Below are positions 37,840-51,520 of a stretch of DNA of 64,000 nt, piece after piece (position 1 is the first letter of the stretch; each line of letters begins with the position of its first letter). The notes below the pieces were generated by a model. It was not told the DNA's origin. It worked only from the letters and a program-made list of their open reading frames with translations, and made no database searches. The stretch comes from Octopus sinensis (lineage: Eukaryota): contig NC_042997.1 in assembly GCF_006345805.1 (NCBI RefSeq), positions 133,610,001 through 133,674,000 on the forward strand. The letters are read 5' to 3'. The position numbers and the translations under genes were made by a program.

Positions 37840-39200
37840 GAATGAGAGCGTGTGAAAAAGAAGGAAAGAAAGAAAGAAGGAAGGAAAGAAAGAAGGAAGA
37901 AAAGAAAGATAGAAAGAAAGAAAGAAAGAAAGAAGGAAGGAAGGAAAGAAAGAAGAAAAGAAGGAAAGAAAGAGAGAAGGTGAGAAAGGAAGAAATAAGG
38001 AAAGAGGGGAGGAAGGAAAGAAATAAGGAAGAGAGGAAGAAGGAAAGAAAGAAAGAAATAAAGAAAGAAAGAAGGAAGGAAAGAAAGAAAGAAAGAAGAA
38101 AAGAAGGAAAGAAAGAGAGAGGGTGAGAAAGGAAGAAATAAGGAAAGAGGGGAAGAAGGAAAGAAATAAGGAAGAAAGAGAGGAAGAAGGAAAGAAAGAA
38201 AGAAAGAAAGAAAGAGTGAAGGAAAGAAAGAAAATGAACGAGAGAAAGAAGGATGGAAAAAAGAAAGAAGGGATAGAAAGAAGGAAAGAAAGAAAGCAAG
38301 ACAGAAGGAAAGAAAGAAAAGAACGAAAAAAACGAAAGAAAATTAAAACTAGGAAGAAAGGAAGAAAGAAAGAAAGAATAAATGAATGAAAGAAAGAAGG
38401 AAAAGAAAGGAAGAGAGAAAGAAAGATAAAAAGAACAAACGAAAGAAAGAAATGATGTTTTAACGTTTTGGGCTCAGGAGCAAAGTAGGAAGAAAGTGGC
38501 CGAAGGAAGAGGAAGAGATCGAGAAACCCTTGAAGGCGATGCCCCTGCATGGCCGCTGTCCAATGATTGAAACGAGTAAAAAGAAAGAAAAATATTTGAG
38601 AAGTGAATAAAAATGGACGCTGGCGAAATAGAACGGAGAAAAAGGCGGAGGAAGTAGCATTAAAGGGCAAGAAGTGAAACTGGGTGGGAGATGGAAGAGT
38701 TGGGAAGGCGAAGGAGGAAGAGGAAGAGGAACGAAAAAGACGGAAATAGGGAGAAGGAGAAGAAAGTAGAATGGAGAGATGAAAAGGAAAAGGTAAAGGA
38801 GACGAAAGAAATGAAGGTGGGGGGTGGAAAGTGGCACGGGGGTGGGGATATAGTGTTGAAAAAAAGAGCAAAATGGAAGGAGATAGGCTGAGAGTGAGAG
38901 GTGGAGAGAGTGGCAGAGGGAGTGGCAGAGAGGGAGTGGCAGAGAGGGAAGAGAAGAAAGGAAAGGAGGAAGTATGACAGATCTTTGAAGATGAAAATAA
39001 GAAAAAAGTTAAAAGTGGCAATGAATGGAGAAGATTTTAGTTTTAAATAATATAAAAGAAAAAAAAAAAAACGCACGAGAGAGAACGTGAAATGGTGAGA
39101 TGTATGAGGGAGTGAAAGAAGAAAGGAACGAGTGGTGAGGAATAAAAGACGAGATGATGAAAGAGGAAGAACTATAGAATGAACAGAGGAAGACTTGCTT
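37840..39200. repeat. Polypurine (GAAA/GGAA) low-complexity tract
   Basis: Almost exclusively A/G on the plus strand, with an internal duplicated block near 37960-38190. Confidence 0.9.
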
Positions 39201-39442
39201 GTCTAAAGGAAATGGAGGTTTTATCATAGCCTGTGAGTGTACACATCCTCTTTTAATTATGAGAAATGCTTGTATCACAGGAATGGGTTTGAACAAGCGA
39301 TTCAACACAATTATGAGTTTAACAGCCCGGTTCTACTTATGTATATCAGCTCTCATTACGTTCGGAAACACCACTTCTTGTTTCTTTGAAACATGGATGC
39401 ATGGTTCTTTGTATAATATCTGCGTGCGTATGTGTGTGTGTG

Positions 39443-39493
<51 letters not shown>

Positions 39494-39494
39494 A

Positions 39495-39538
<44 letters not shown>

Positions 39539-40484
39539 GACAGACAGTTGAGAGAAAAGGAATATGTTTGTGTGCCGTGAAGATAAGAGAATATCTCAGG
39601 CAACAATCTTATATGCATTTAATTAAGTGGGTACTAACATACTTAACGTGGAGAGCTGTGTGAAAAAAAAAAAGCGTAATTAATTAAAAATCCACCCGAA
39701 GTGGGGAGAAAAATATCATTAGCTGAATGATATTTACTCTTGTCAATAAAAAACAGTGGGAGACGTCTCTGAAATTTAAATTAATTTTTAAAAAAAATAA
39801 AACTTAAGCATTCACTTTTCCGGGAGTCTGAACTCAGGCAAACACGGTGACACCGCTGAACAAGAGTAGTGTCCCCTTCCTTTCTTGATAAGAATTTAAG
39901 TTAATGCTTTTGCTTTATTTGTTTTTGTCTTTTGCTTTTGCACCGAATGCAATCTTAATTAATTAACATTTGCTGATTCATTACATTAAGTATATGTTAA
40001 CTTCTGCTTAATTATTTATTTCTCATACAGAAGGTGCCCGTGGGCAATCGCTAAGCCATTCTTATTATATACAGTGAAGTTAGAGGATGTAGGTAAGTTT
40101 TTATCTCGCGCGCAGATGAAAAAGCTATCGTTTCTAGACATTTCCTTTTCGTCTGGGAGGGAAAAATCTTTCATATACAGCTAACTTAGTGATAAATCAT
40201 CGTAGAAGTCTTTCGTAGTTGCACGATCTGCTGGAATTAACAGCTACATCTCTCTCAAATCCAATCCTGCTTTCTTAAACAGAGGAGGACATACTGGTTT
40301 CTGTAGCATTAACTTATCAATATATCAACATAGAAGTTTCCACTTGTTTGACACCAAATAATAAACGTTTTAATAAAGATAGTTCTTGTGTGTTTTGAAT
40401 GGCTAATATGTCTTTTTCACACTGCAATTGTTTTTGTTTTAACTCATGGTCTCAGATCTTTCAATTGGTAGGCTTGTAAAACTT

Positions 40485-40768
40485 GGTTGTCAAGCGATGT
40501 TGGGGGACAAACACAGACACACAAACATATACATGCACGCACACACACACACACGCACGCACACACACACAGACACACACACAAGCATATATATATATAT
40601 ACATATATATACATATATACGACGGGCTTCTTTCAGTTTCCCTCTACCAAATCCACTCACAAGGCTTTGGTCGGCCCGAGGCTATAGTAGAAGACACTTG
40701 CTCAAGGTGCCACGCAGTGGGACTGAACCCGGAACCATCTGGTAGGTAAGCAGGCCACTCTTACGCCT
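40485..40768 (-). mobile_element. SINE family B, tail-truncated
   Basis: Reverse-complement match. Confidence 0.85.
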
Positions 40769-42988
40769 ATAGGTACTCAGATTAAAAATATCTACGGCAT
40801 CCTAATTTATTTTACCATCTACGAATTCTCGCGGCTGAATCGTTCGTAGTACAAAAGCCGTTGAAATTCTTCACAATTGCTCACCTCTTAGAATATTCTC
40901 ACTATCGGCAAAATGTCTGTTGTCGAGACAGACACTGCCATATCTTCCCATTCATCATTATTGCTGTCTTTTTATCTCTTAAACATGCATCATCATTCGG
41001 GTCGACCGATTCCGCCGCTTGTTGGAATGTCATCAACTCCAGATCATCAGTTTCGGTTACGTTAAATCTAAACTGTTTTTCTCTTACCATGTCAAGAATG
41101 GATCACCAGATCTGTTACTGTTTGTAAAGCCTTCCTGAAGTAATTGAGGATCGTGAAAGTTGTAAGTTTGCTGCGCGTGTTTGTGACAAGATGGATAACA
41201 CTCAGGACACCTTCTCCTCGATTTACGATCGAGTTCCATTCCGACTGGCAGGTCGTAAGTCAATCTGGTCGTATGTCGGATTTATATTTTTCGACATTAT
41301 TTTCATTCATGCAACTGATGCTTGAAAGCGACTGAGTGAGAGACAGTGGCAGGCAGTGGATGCCTGAGTCTGAGGGAGGCTTGCGTTGCTAGATGCTGCC
41401 ATATTTATCGTACGCGCAGATTCCCATTAGTAAATGAAACACGTGTGGTGGAGAATAAATAATTCAAAAAACTTTCCATTTTACTATTTTATTATATATA
41501 TATATAGCCCAAGAATCAACTGATCAAGGTACGACAGAAGCATAATTTCAGTACTTTTATAATTCCTTTCTTACACCATTAAATTACTGGCGTTAGATTT
41601 GATGGGAGAGAGTTTATCTAAGGTTTGCAATTGCTATTATTATATTATCTCTGTTATTTCTCGATCAAATTCTATTAGACAAATGGTAAAATAGCACTCC
41701 TATCATCCAACTGTTCTTTCTATTTTGCAGGTAATCGTGGGGTCTTCACACAGAAAAATTGGAGGATGGTGTGGAGATCTTTATTTTTCCCAATTGCTAG
41801 TAATTTTCTTTCGTCATTTCCTAGTGTGTTCTCTCTCTTGAAGCGGAAGATATTATCTGGAATACCTCTATAGCCCAATTTAATCTTGTCTATATCATAC
41901 ATGTTGTCAAATCCGAGGTCTGTATTTTCCTCATCTACATAAAACTTCTGATTCAAATTTGTCTTATTTTCCATCGAAGCAAACTAACAACTCGTAGGGT
42001 TGGACTATATCCTATTCGAAGTTCAGTGAAGTCTTTGGCTTTCTCTGACAGCATTGCTCCAGATTAAAAGTACGTCTCTGGAGCTGCCATCGGTAAACCA
42101 TTGGGATAATTTTCCATCTGCATTAGCATTTTTGCCAGTTTCTTGTTTATTTGTTTCTATTTTGCTTTGTTTTATTTAATTTTACATGTATTAGACTGAA
42201 AGGTTGCTCTCATTTCTTCGTTTTTCAAGGTCAATATTGATAAGTGGGATTCGAAACAAAGAATTTCTTCGCCAACTCTTTCATGTCTTGAAGAATAACT
42301 TCTTCCTACTGATCAACAGTTGAAACTGGCTTCATTTTCTCTTAACTGCCATTCTTCTTCAATCTTTTTTCTATAAATATGATTTGAATATCGATCTGTT
42401 CGCTTTTTCTTAAAGAGCCAAGCTCAATCATATCGATGTCAGTACTCTATAAAGCAATATCATTTGATACTCTTCAATTACCCAAGTTTAACTAGATTTG
42501 TATATTCTAACAATCACTTCCATACTCTTTCAGTTATTCAATAATAACAAATACGATCGGGTCGATTGGGAAAATATTAATTGGATCAATCAAAAGTTCT
42601 GGTATTCGATTGTGAAAATAATAAAATAGCAACCATTCACCGCTTAATTTCAAACTAACTTTTACGAAATGTCTATCTACAATGAAGATTTAATTTACTA
42701 AAGGATACTATATTACACTATTGAATGTGAGATACAAGTACGCAGAAATTGGGACAAATAGATTGAGTAACATGGGACAGAGTTTTCTATACTAACAAGA
42801 AACCTAACATTTTTCTTGATCATACATACATACATACATACATACATACATACATACAACATACATACATATACACGTACATACAAAAATACGAGGTTGA
42901 TGTTGTTGAAATTCAAATGAAGGGGCCTTGGATCTAGGGATAGAAACCGCCTTCTTTTCAGTTGGCAAGAAATTTTGAAATAAAACTG

Positions 42989-43378
42989 AACAAGAGCACT
43001 CAGAGAGCGCAGACCTCCGCCATGGCAACACCAACATCCTCTCAACGATTAGCAGAGAGGATTTTTCAAATGAGAATATCCGAAATAAACTCGCCTGCTC
43101 TCAGAAACGAGAATACTAAAAATGAACCTGACCGATCTCAAAAAATTAAGTGAAAAAAAAATGGAAAAAATAGTCCAGAATCCTTGTCCGTACCGGATCT
43201 ATCCCAAAATCTAATCAGTTCGTGCCAGTCACGAAGCGAAACATCTCTGAAAGTTCCATCCGAATCCATCCAGCGGTTCTTGAGATGTCTTGTTCACGGA
43301 CAAACAAACAAACAAACAAACAAACAAACAAACACGACTGAAAACAATACCTCAGCCTTCGCTAAGGCGGAAGTAATA
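42989..43378 (+). mobile_element. Helentron-type non-autonomous element (HINE/DINE-1-like)
   Basis: aacaagagc start, subterminal inverted repeat acctccgcc / ggcggaagt, internal (CAAA)n, and a 3' hairpin gcctt cgct aaggc followed by taataa. Confidence 0.65.
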
Positions 43379-44674
43379 ATCACACACACGCACACACACA
43401 TACACACACATATACATACATGCATACATGCATGCATACATACATACATACATACATACATACATACATACATACATACATACATACATACATACACACA
43501 CATACAATGCATACATAGGATAATTTCAAAAATTCAGAAAGTATAAAAGGCGAAGTGGGTGCTGACAGTATTTGAACTCAGAACGTAAATAGCTTACCTC
43601 CGCCCACGAAACTACTGGCCTTGTGGCAAAATTTGAAACAAATATTAACGGAAACTATATACATTAAAACTTTAATAATATTTATTTAACAAGCAAAGAA
43701 GTTGATTAATGGATCTTATCTTTAATAGATGCAATGAATTGTGGAAGTTGTAAAGATAATTTATGAACACCCTGTATATACATACGTGTGTGTGTATTTA
43801 TATTCGACTGCTCCTTGAGTTATACAGCATGCAGTTTATATGATTGTACTTTACCTCATTTTTTTTTTCGCTTCCTGTATCAATTTTTAGAAATGTATCA
43901 ATTTTTAGAAATATCAATTCGCCTTTCCCGTTTTATATTTTTCCTGATTTAAAAAAAAAATTTGTATTAATTTTACTTTTCCTTTCGTTTCTCTTTTAAG
44001 AAAGGTTGGCTAAACGTTGAAGTACCATTTAAGCTGATATTTAGTTTTTCATAATTTGTTAAATATTTTCAGCATTAGATAATAGTCTTTTTTTTTTTTC
44101 AAATGTCAACCAAAAAGATAAACGAGCAAGAAAATCGATTTATCTACAAATGAAAATTAAAATATTGAATCAACTTCAAAACCGAAAGGGCTCGATAGAA
44201 ACTACAAAACTATTGAATATGTGCAAAGAAAACGAACAATCTAGAGGAAAGAAAAAATAATTAGAACCAGTATAATCGCAGGATCTTCAATAAGTTGGAA
44301 ACACACATCAAATATACATAATAATATTATAGGAACAATGGCGAAAAGATCAATTACTTTGGATAAGAGATTAAACACTGAAAGGATTGCGTACAAACAG
44401 GTTTACTATACGACAAAAAGCAGTAAGAATTGTTAATCAAATCAACACTAGAAATCAAATATCTAATTAGCTACATACAACCTAGATTTTCGGGTAGTAA
44501 GAAATGGCTTTAAATAATTTCTTTAATCGAATATTTCAACATTATATTAAATTACATGGCGAAATTCGATGAAGCGATAAGAAAACTGCGCTAGAAAACA
44601 ATTTGTGTCACAATTAACTAAAATAATAGCCTTTTATTTTTTTTTAAACAAATATGTTTTAAAGAATATGCTTA

Positions 44675-44739
<65 letters not shown>

Positions 44740-44822
44740 TAATAACAACAACATCAAGAACAAGAACAACAACAATAATAATAATAATAATGATAATAAT
44801 AATAATAATGTTAATGATAATG

Positions 44823-44854
<32 letters not shown>

Positions 44855-45337
44855 AATATAATAATAATAATAATAATGATGAAGATGAAACAAGTCTATT
44901 TCAGAGGAAATTGTCAAACTTTTTTTTTTGTTTTTGGCCTTTTTATAAGGGAGAGAGAAAATGGGATTTAGCGTCAAACGTAAATAATAATGAATTTTAC
45001 TCCAGTGTAAGCACAAAGACACAGGTGCACGCACACACGCACACACACACACACAAACACACAGACACACACACACACACACACACACATGCACAAACAC
45101 ACACAAAACATTTGCGAGTGTATATATATATATATGTGTATATACAAATATACATGTATATCTGTCTATTTATCTTTCTCTCTCTCTGTCTCCTTCTATC
45201 TATCTATCTATCTATCTATTTATCTATCAACCTATCTATCTATCTATCTATCTCTCCTCTTTCTCTGTATATATATGCGTATGCACACACACTCACACAC
45301 ACATACATACATACATACATACACATACATACATACA

Positions 45338-45369
<32 letters not shown>

Positions 45370-45663
45370 CACATACATACATGCATCCATCCATACACTA
45401 ATAGTATAGACGTCACTAATAGTAAACAATATGAAATACGAAAACAGATGAGTTCAATACGCAAACAGCGAGAGAAAGAATGGAAAACAGGACAAGTAAC
45501 AGAAAAAACGACCCTTCATCAGTCGTCGGTTCTCTATCTACTCCCCATTTCAAGCATTGAACTACAATATGAGTCTTCGAAGACAGTTAGTCCCATATAT
45601 GTGTGTGTATGTGTATGTGTGTGTGCGTTTGTGTGTGTGTGTGTGTGGTGTGTGTGTGTGTGT

Positions 45664-45697
<34 letters not shown>

Positions 45698-45704
45698 TGT
45701 GTCT

Positions 45705-45890
45705 GTGTTTGTCCCCCACAACCGATGCTGGTGTGTTTACGTTCCCCGTAACTTAGCGGTTCAGCAAAAGAGACCGGTAGAATAAGTACTAGGCTTACAA
45801 AAAATAAGCCCTGGGTTCGATTTGCTCGACTAAAGGCGGTGCTCCAGCATGGCCACAGTCAAATGACTGAAACAAGTAAAAGAGTGAAGA
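45705..45890 (+). mobile_element. SINE family B, 3' half
   Basis: Near-consensus body and tail. Confidence 0.85.
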
Positions 45891-46596
45891 GAGCGCATGT
45901 GTTTATTTGGCAAAAAAAAAAAGAAAAAAATAACCATCCCGAAATATAACAATATTTCAAAACACGATTTGAAATGAATAACCGTAAGGATCTTTTCTGT
46001 TCGGCTGCCTCTGTGGAAATATAAAGATGATTTTCATGTCAACGATTAGCATACAAAACTACATCATTACACCAAATATGAAATCATGTGGAACAAAAAT
46101 TAAGAAATTAAAAAATGACGGCCAAACAGAAAAGATCCAAACGTAAAAATGTGCTTTCTCTTCCTTTTTACGCAAACTGTCAAATTTAGCCCGAACACTG
46201 TATAATTGTATTTTTATCCCTATTTCAATAAATATCTGTTTCAATTTTCTTCGTGTTTTTCTATCTTTTTTTTGCACGTATATTTAAAACATTTACGCGA
46301 TTCCGCTAAGCCATTATGACTCATAGAACCAATATACCGACCGAGTACACTGAATGACATGTGCACGCATGCACGCGCACACACACACACACACGAACAC
46401 ACACACACATACGCATACACATGCACGCACGCGCTCGCACGACATGTTTAGTGTTTTAAATCATTCATGCTGCTGTACTCTTGTACTTATTTTATCAATC
46501 TGGAAAGAATGAAAGCAAAATATAAGCCCCGAGAGGATTCGAACGAAGAACGTAGAGTTCTAACCAAATGCCACAAGGTATTCGTCTGACGTCGAC

Positions 46597-46651
<55 letters not shown>

Positions 46652-46653
46652 TG

Positions 46654-46702
<49 letters not shown>

Positions 46703-47429
46703 TATATATATATTCGTGTGTTTGTGTGTCTGTGTTTGGTTAAGAGACAGTGAGAAAGAAAAAAAAGGAAGGTATGTTTTATATGTGTACGTGAGTATAT
46801 TTTTATCTCTGTATTGCTCACACCTCTCTTTCTCTATCTATCTCATTCATTTATTTCATCTGTTGTTCTTTCCATCTGTTTCTGTATTCCTTAAACTCTC
46901 TCTCTCTCTCACTCACTCGCTCTCTCTTTCTCGCTCTCTTCCTCTCTCTGCCTGATGTCAGTACAACAGGGGCGGCGCCTGTTGAAAGAACTGAATGAGT
47001 TTAGAACTAGGTAAATGAGTTCCCAAGATAGAAAATCAGCAGTGCAGTTAGGTTCATTTATTCTCGGTTTTCTTAATATTTTCATTTCCCCTCCTCCTCT
47101 TTCCTACATATTTATTTTATTTCTGTTTCTTTTCTTTTTTTCTTTTTTTTTTTCTCCTACGGCAACCTATCGGGGAAATAAATTTATACAAGACACCATA
47201 AAACCTTCGGCTGCTAGGTTGACCGTGTGTCTGCATTCGGAAAGTTTCTATCCAAAGCACAGGATTGGAGAAGGCATCAAAGACTTACAATAATACATAA
47301 AAATAATACAGACGGAAATTTAGAATCGTTAGAACGTCTAGGTAAGCGTTGTATAGTTTATGAGTAGTTACGTTCAGGGTTCAAATCCAGCCGAAATTAA
47401 CATTGCCTTTTATCTGACAAAGATCAGTA

Positions 47430-47841
47430 ATACCTATTTCTTTACTACCCACAAGTGCTAAACACAGAGAGGACAAACAAGGATAGACAAACGGATTAAG
47501 TCGATTATATGTGAGTAACTGGCACTTATTTAATCGACCCCGAAAGGATGAAAGGCATAGTCGACCTCGGCGGAATTTGAACTCAGAACGTAGCAGCAGA
47601 CGAAATATATTTCTTTACTACCCACAAGGGGCTAAACACAGAGGGGACAAACAAGGACAGACAAACGGATTAAGTCGATTATATCGACCCCAGTGCGTAA
47701 CTGGTACTTAATTTATCGACCCCGAAAGTATGAAAGGCAAAGTCGACCTCAGCGGAATTTGAACTCAGAACGTAGCAGCAGACGAAATACTGCTAAGCAT
47801 TTCATCCGGCGTGCTAACGATTCTGCCAACTCGCCGCCTTA
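47430..47841 (-). mobile_element. Tandem dimer of young SINE family A
   Basis: First unit joined at cagtaatacc|tatttc, second at gacgaaata|tatttc; head on the last unit only. Confidence 0.88.
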
Positions 47842-48524
47842 ACAATCAATAGTACCATTAAAGTACTCGTGTTATTTTAATCGACTAATCCATCCCACCA
47901 AAATGTGTGACTTTGTCTCTAGGTAAGAAATTAGCATTACAATACGGTTAAAACTCCCAAATTTGCCAAAGGTGGTTTGTTAGCAACAAAAACCATAACC
48001 TTAACGCGGTGTGCTAGCAGAATCGTCAGCACGCCGGGTAAAATGTTTAATGACGTTTTATTCGTCTTTGCATCCTGAATTCAAATTCCCGCGGGGGTTG
48101 TCATTGCTTTTTATCCCCTTTGTTGTCGATAAAACAAGTACCATTTGATGGCAGCGGTCAGTGTAATCGACTTACCCATTCAGTCAAATATGCTGGCCTT
48201 GTACCGTAATTTGAAACCAATATAAATCGCAACCAGTTTTCTTCAAAATATCAAAATTAGTTCAAAATATCAAAAAGTATTGCATAGTGTTAGAAGGTAG
48301 TCCAAAATTAAACACATGCACGCGTGCGCGCACATACACACATGCACGCACACAGATGCAGGCATATACATACACACATAAGGATTGTCTGTAAGTTGGT
48401 TCTCATTCAACACATTGCATTTTTATAGTTCGACACTATTTCACAAAGCATTGCCCCATATTTCTGTAATTGCAACACTATCGTTACCCGATGAGAGCTG
48501 ACCTGGATTAACAACATATGCCAC

Positions 48525-48790
48525 GGGCATATGGCGTAGTGGTTAAGAGCGCAGGCTATTAACCCCAAGATTCCGAGTTCGATTCTAAGCAGTGACCTGA
48601 ACAACAACAACAATAATAATAATAACATCGAAAAATATACCTTAGGAATGAGAACCCAGGTTCGAAATTTCCCCAAGACACCTGAAGAAAGCTGGAGGAT
48701 ATATCAGCCGAAAAGTTGTGTTAACAACAAACAAGATGAGGAAAAATATCCGTTGAATGTAAATAATGAAAATAATGTAAATAATGAGCA
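48525..48790 (+). mobile_element. SINE family C with hammerhead motif at 48677-48722
   Basis: A box TGGCGTAGTGG, B box GAGTTCGATTCT, (AAC/AAT)n, GACAC-CTGAAGA-A-AGCTG...CAGCC-GAAAA-GTT|GTGTT. Confidence 0.85.
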
Positions 48791-49081
48791 ACAAATCTGT
48801 CCTGACATTATTCAGTGTCCATAGCCAAAGGACTTAGCTTTTGGTAGTTCAATGTATTGAGCTGTATACAAATGTATGAGTTGTTTCTACAAACAACAAC
48901 TTTTCCTTAACATTAACTGCTGGTAGGGAGACTGTATTTCGTTTTACAACCATAATATACTAAATATATTAAAGCTTTATAAGTCAATATTGTGTCCTAC
49001 TTTGCTCTATTCAATAGTATAATAACGCCGCCAAACTTAGTGGCTATTTAAGCAACATATTCGTGGATAGTTAATAGGTTG

Positions 49082-49131
49082 GATGTGGTACTGAAGAAGG
49101 AGCAAGAACTCCTGAAATATGTATGTACATC
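49082..49131 (+). ncRNA. Minimal type I hammerhead candidate, intact core
   Basis: GATGTGGTA-CTGAAGA-AGGAG caagaa CTCCT-GAAAT-AT-GTA|TGTACATC. Confidence 0.65.
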
Positions 49132-50141
49132 GATTACTTATATTTACATCTTCGATTGCATTGTTTACATAGACGTGTTTGTATACGAAATGTTGCAACC
49201 TCCCGTACTGGCTCTAAATTCTATAGAAAATCTGTTGAGACCCTTAAAAAACGAGTACTTTAAAAGTCACGGTTGATTTGGAGCTTGCAATGAGGAGTTT
49301 TAACTTCTTTCTCGAAAAATCTTTCCAATGATAGGATCCGAAGTATGGAGTCAGACTCGGAGTTGTGCAGCTAACGTCACACTGGGAAATAACTATTGGC
49401 TTACCAAGGTAAAAGTTGGAATCGGTGAAAATAAAACGATTTCAACTTCGAACAAATATAAATTGTATACACAATGCTGATAGCATTTTATACTTAATGG
49501 AAAAGTGTGATTCATGTTAGATAATCATATCCTCTTGGCTAATATTTTGGTTGATCCAATGGACCAACTCTTGTTGAGCAATGATTAAATTGCCAAAGGA
49601 AATAAATCCCCCTTTTAAAGTATTAACTCACATGAAAGAGTTACAAGTACTAATCAGAATTTACTGAATCACAGAACAAAGGTAGCTCGACGTAATTCAG
49701 AATCATCTTCTTCAAATGAAGAATTAAACTTTAGAATATAATTAGACAAAACTAAGCATTCAAAAGTGGAAATCGTCAATCGATGTCCCAAAAATTTTAC
49801 GTGGATACGACCATCGCATAGTAAATTTTATTGTACAAGTGACTAACAATTGTTATAGTTTTTGCATTTATTTAAAGAGAAAATCGGTATAAAAATGACC
49901 CAAAACAAAAGAAGAGGAACTTTTTTCCTTTCTTCGTGTTTGGTATATCCATGATGCAACCCTTTCCCACCGTTTAAGGGTAAAGCATAGGGAGCAGCCA
50001 GCAGATATCCAAAGAAAGAAGGTTTTATTTTATGGATTAAAAGAAGCTTACAGACTTATAGCATAATCATCCGTGCCTCATAAATAGGCAGAGTGCTTAT
50101 GAACAAGTGATTATTACATGACCTATATAGAAAATATTTTC

Positions 50142-50565
50142 AGGCGCAGGAGTGGCTGTGCGGTAAGTAGTTTGCTTACCAACCACATGGTTCCGGGTTC
50201 ATTCCCACTGCGTGGGACCTTGGGCAAGTGTCTTCTGCTATAGCCTCGGGCCGACCAAAGCCTTGTGAGTGGATTTGGTAGACGGAAACTGAAAGAAGCC
50301 CGTCGTATATATGTATATATAAATTTCCATGTATGTGTGTGTATATGTTTGTATGTCTGTGTTTGTCCCCCCAACATCGCTTGACAACCGATGCTGGTGT
50401 GTTTACGTCCCCGTAACTTAGCAGTTCGGCAAAAGTGACCGATAGAATAAGTACTAGGCTTCCAAAGAATAAATCTCGGGGTCGATTTACTCGACTAAAG
50501 GCGGTGCTCCAGCATGACAACAGTCAAATGACTGAAACAAGTAAAAGAGTAAAAGAGTAAGAGTA
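50142..50565 (+). mobile_element. SINE family B, full length
   Basis: Near consensus. Confidence 0.9.
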
Positions 50566-51010
50566 ACCATAACCTTGCCCTATTAACTGAAACCCCTTAT
50601 TACCTTAATTTGATGTCTGATCTAACTTCTCCCATCTTACCACAGATTAAGAAGAAAAAGGGGAAATTATTTCCAGAGTTATGATAGTAGGATCGTACAT
50701 TTCTTTGTCCTTACCCTAAAAGAAGTTAGCTTCATTTCCCTCCATCGTCTATGAGATTTCACCGAGCAGCTATTTTTAATACTGTTGCTTTCGACCAGGC
50801 TTCAAGATCGTAGCATAAGGTGTAGCGAATTACTTAAGACCCTATGTAGCCCCTACTCTTTCTAAAAACTTCTGATAATTCAACCTGCATGTCTATGGTT
50901 GCGATGTACTCACTACGAAGTAAAGATTTCACACTTCACGAAAATTGCGTTCTTTCACTCCATGATGACTTTTATGTACAGCGCAACACGTACACACACA
51001 CACACGCACG

Positions 51011-51096
<86 letters not shown>

Positions 51097-51104
<8 letters not shown>

Positions 51105-51520
51105 TACACACATCTGATGTACTCGTTTATTGCTCTATTGTTCTGTCAGCTGAGGAGATAACAGCTTTCGGATTCATTTTTATTGCTTCTCTACTTTAAT
51201 GGAACGGTCACCTTCTACCTAGTTATCTGTCTACATGCATGTGTGTGTGTGTGTGTGCCTGTGTTTGAGCGTCCACTGGACTAACTAAAAACTTTACACA
51301 CACACACACATACATACACACATCTGATGTACTCGTTTATTGCTCTATTGTTCTGTCAGCTGAGGAGATAACAGCTTTCGGATTCATTTTTATTGCTTCT
51401 CTACTTTAATGGAACGGTCACCTTCTACCTAGTTATCTGTCTACATGCATGTGTGTGTGTGTGTGTGCCTGTGTTTGAGCGTCCACTGGACTAACTAAAA
51501 ACTTTACACACACACACACA
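51097..51520. repeat. Exact 210-bp tandem duplication bounded by (CA)n
   Basis: actcgtttattgc at 51121 and 51331; the units look identical. Confidence 0.92.

Noticed and set aside
37786-39021. 411-aa hydrophobic ORF resembling a membrane protein
   Set aside because: It is the translation of a polypyrimidine low-complexity strand (F/L/S/P only).
41035-41070. CTGATGA next to GAAA on the minus strand
   Set aside because: GAAA directly precedes CTGATGA with no room for stems, so it is not a hammerhead topology.
42070-42125. WFTDGS RNase H-like motif in a minus frame
   Set aside because: An isolated six-residue match without other RNase H motifs; an overlapping frame looks equally protein-like.
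46955-47000. CTGATG...CAACAGG/CCTGTTG hairpin followed by GAAA
   Set aside because: The core reads CTGATGT, the spacing to the stem is wrong, and there is no stem I.
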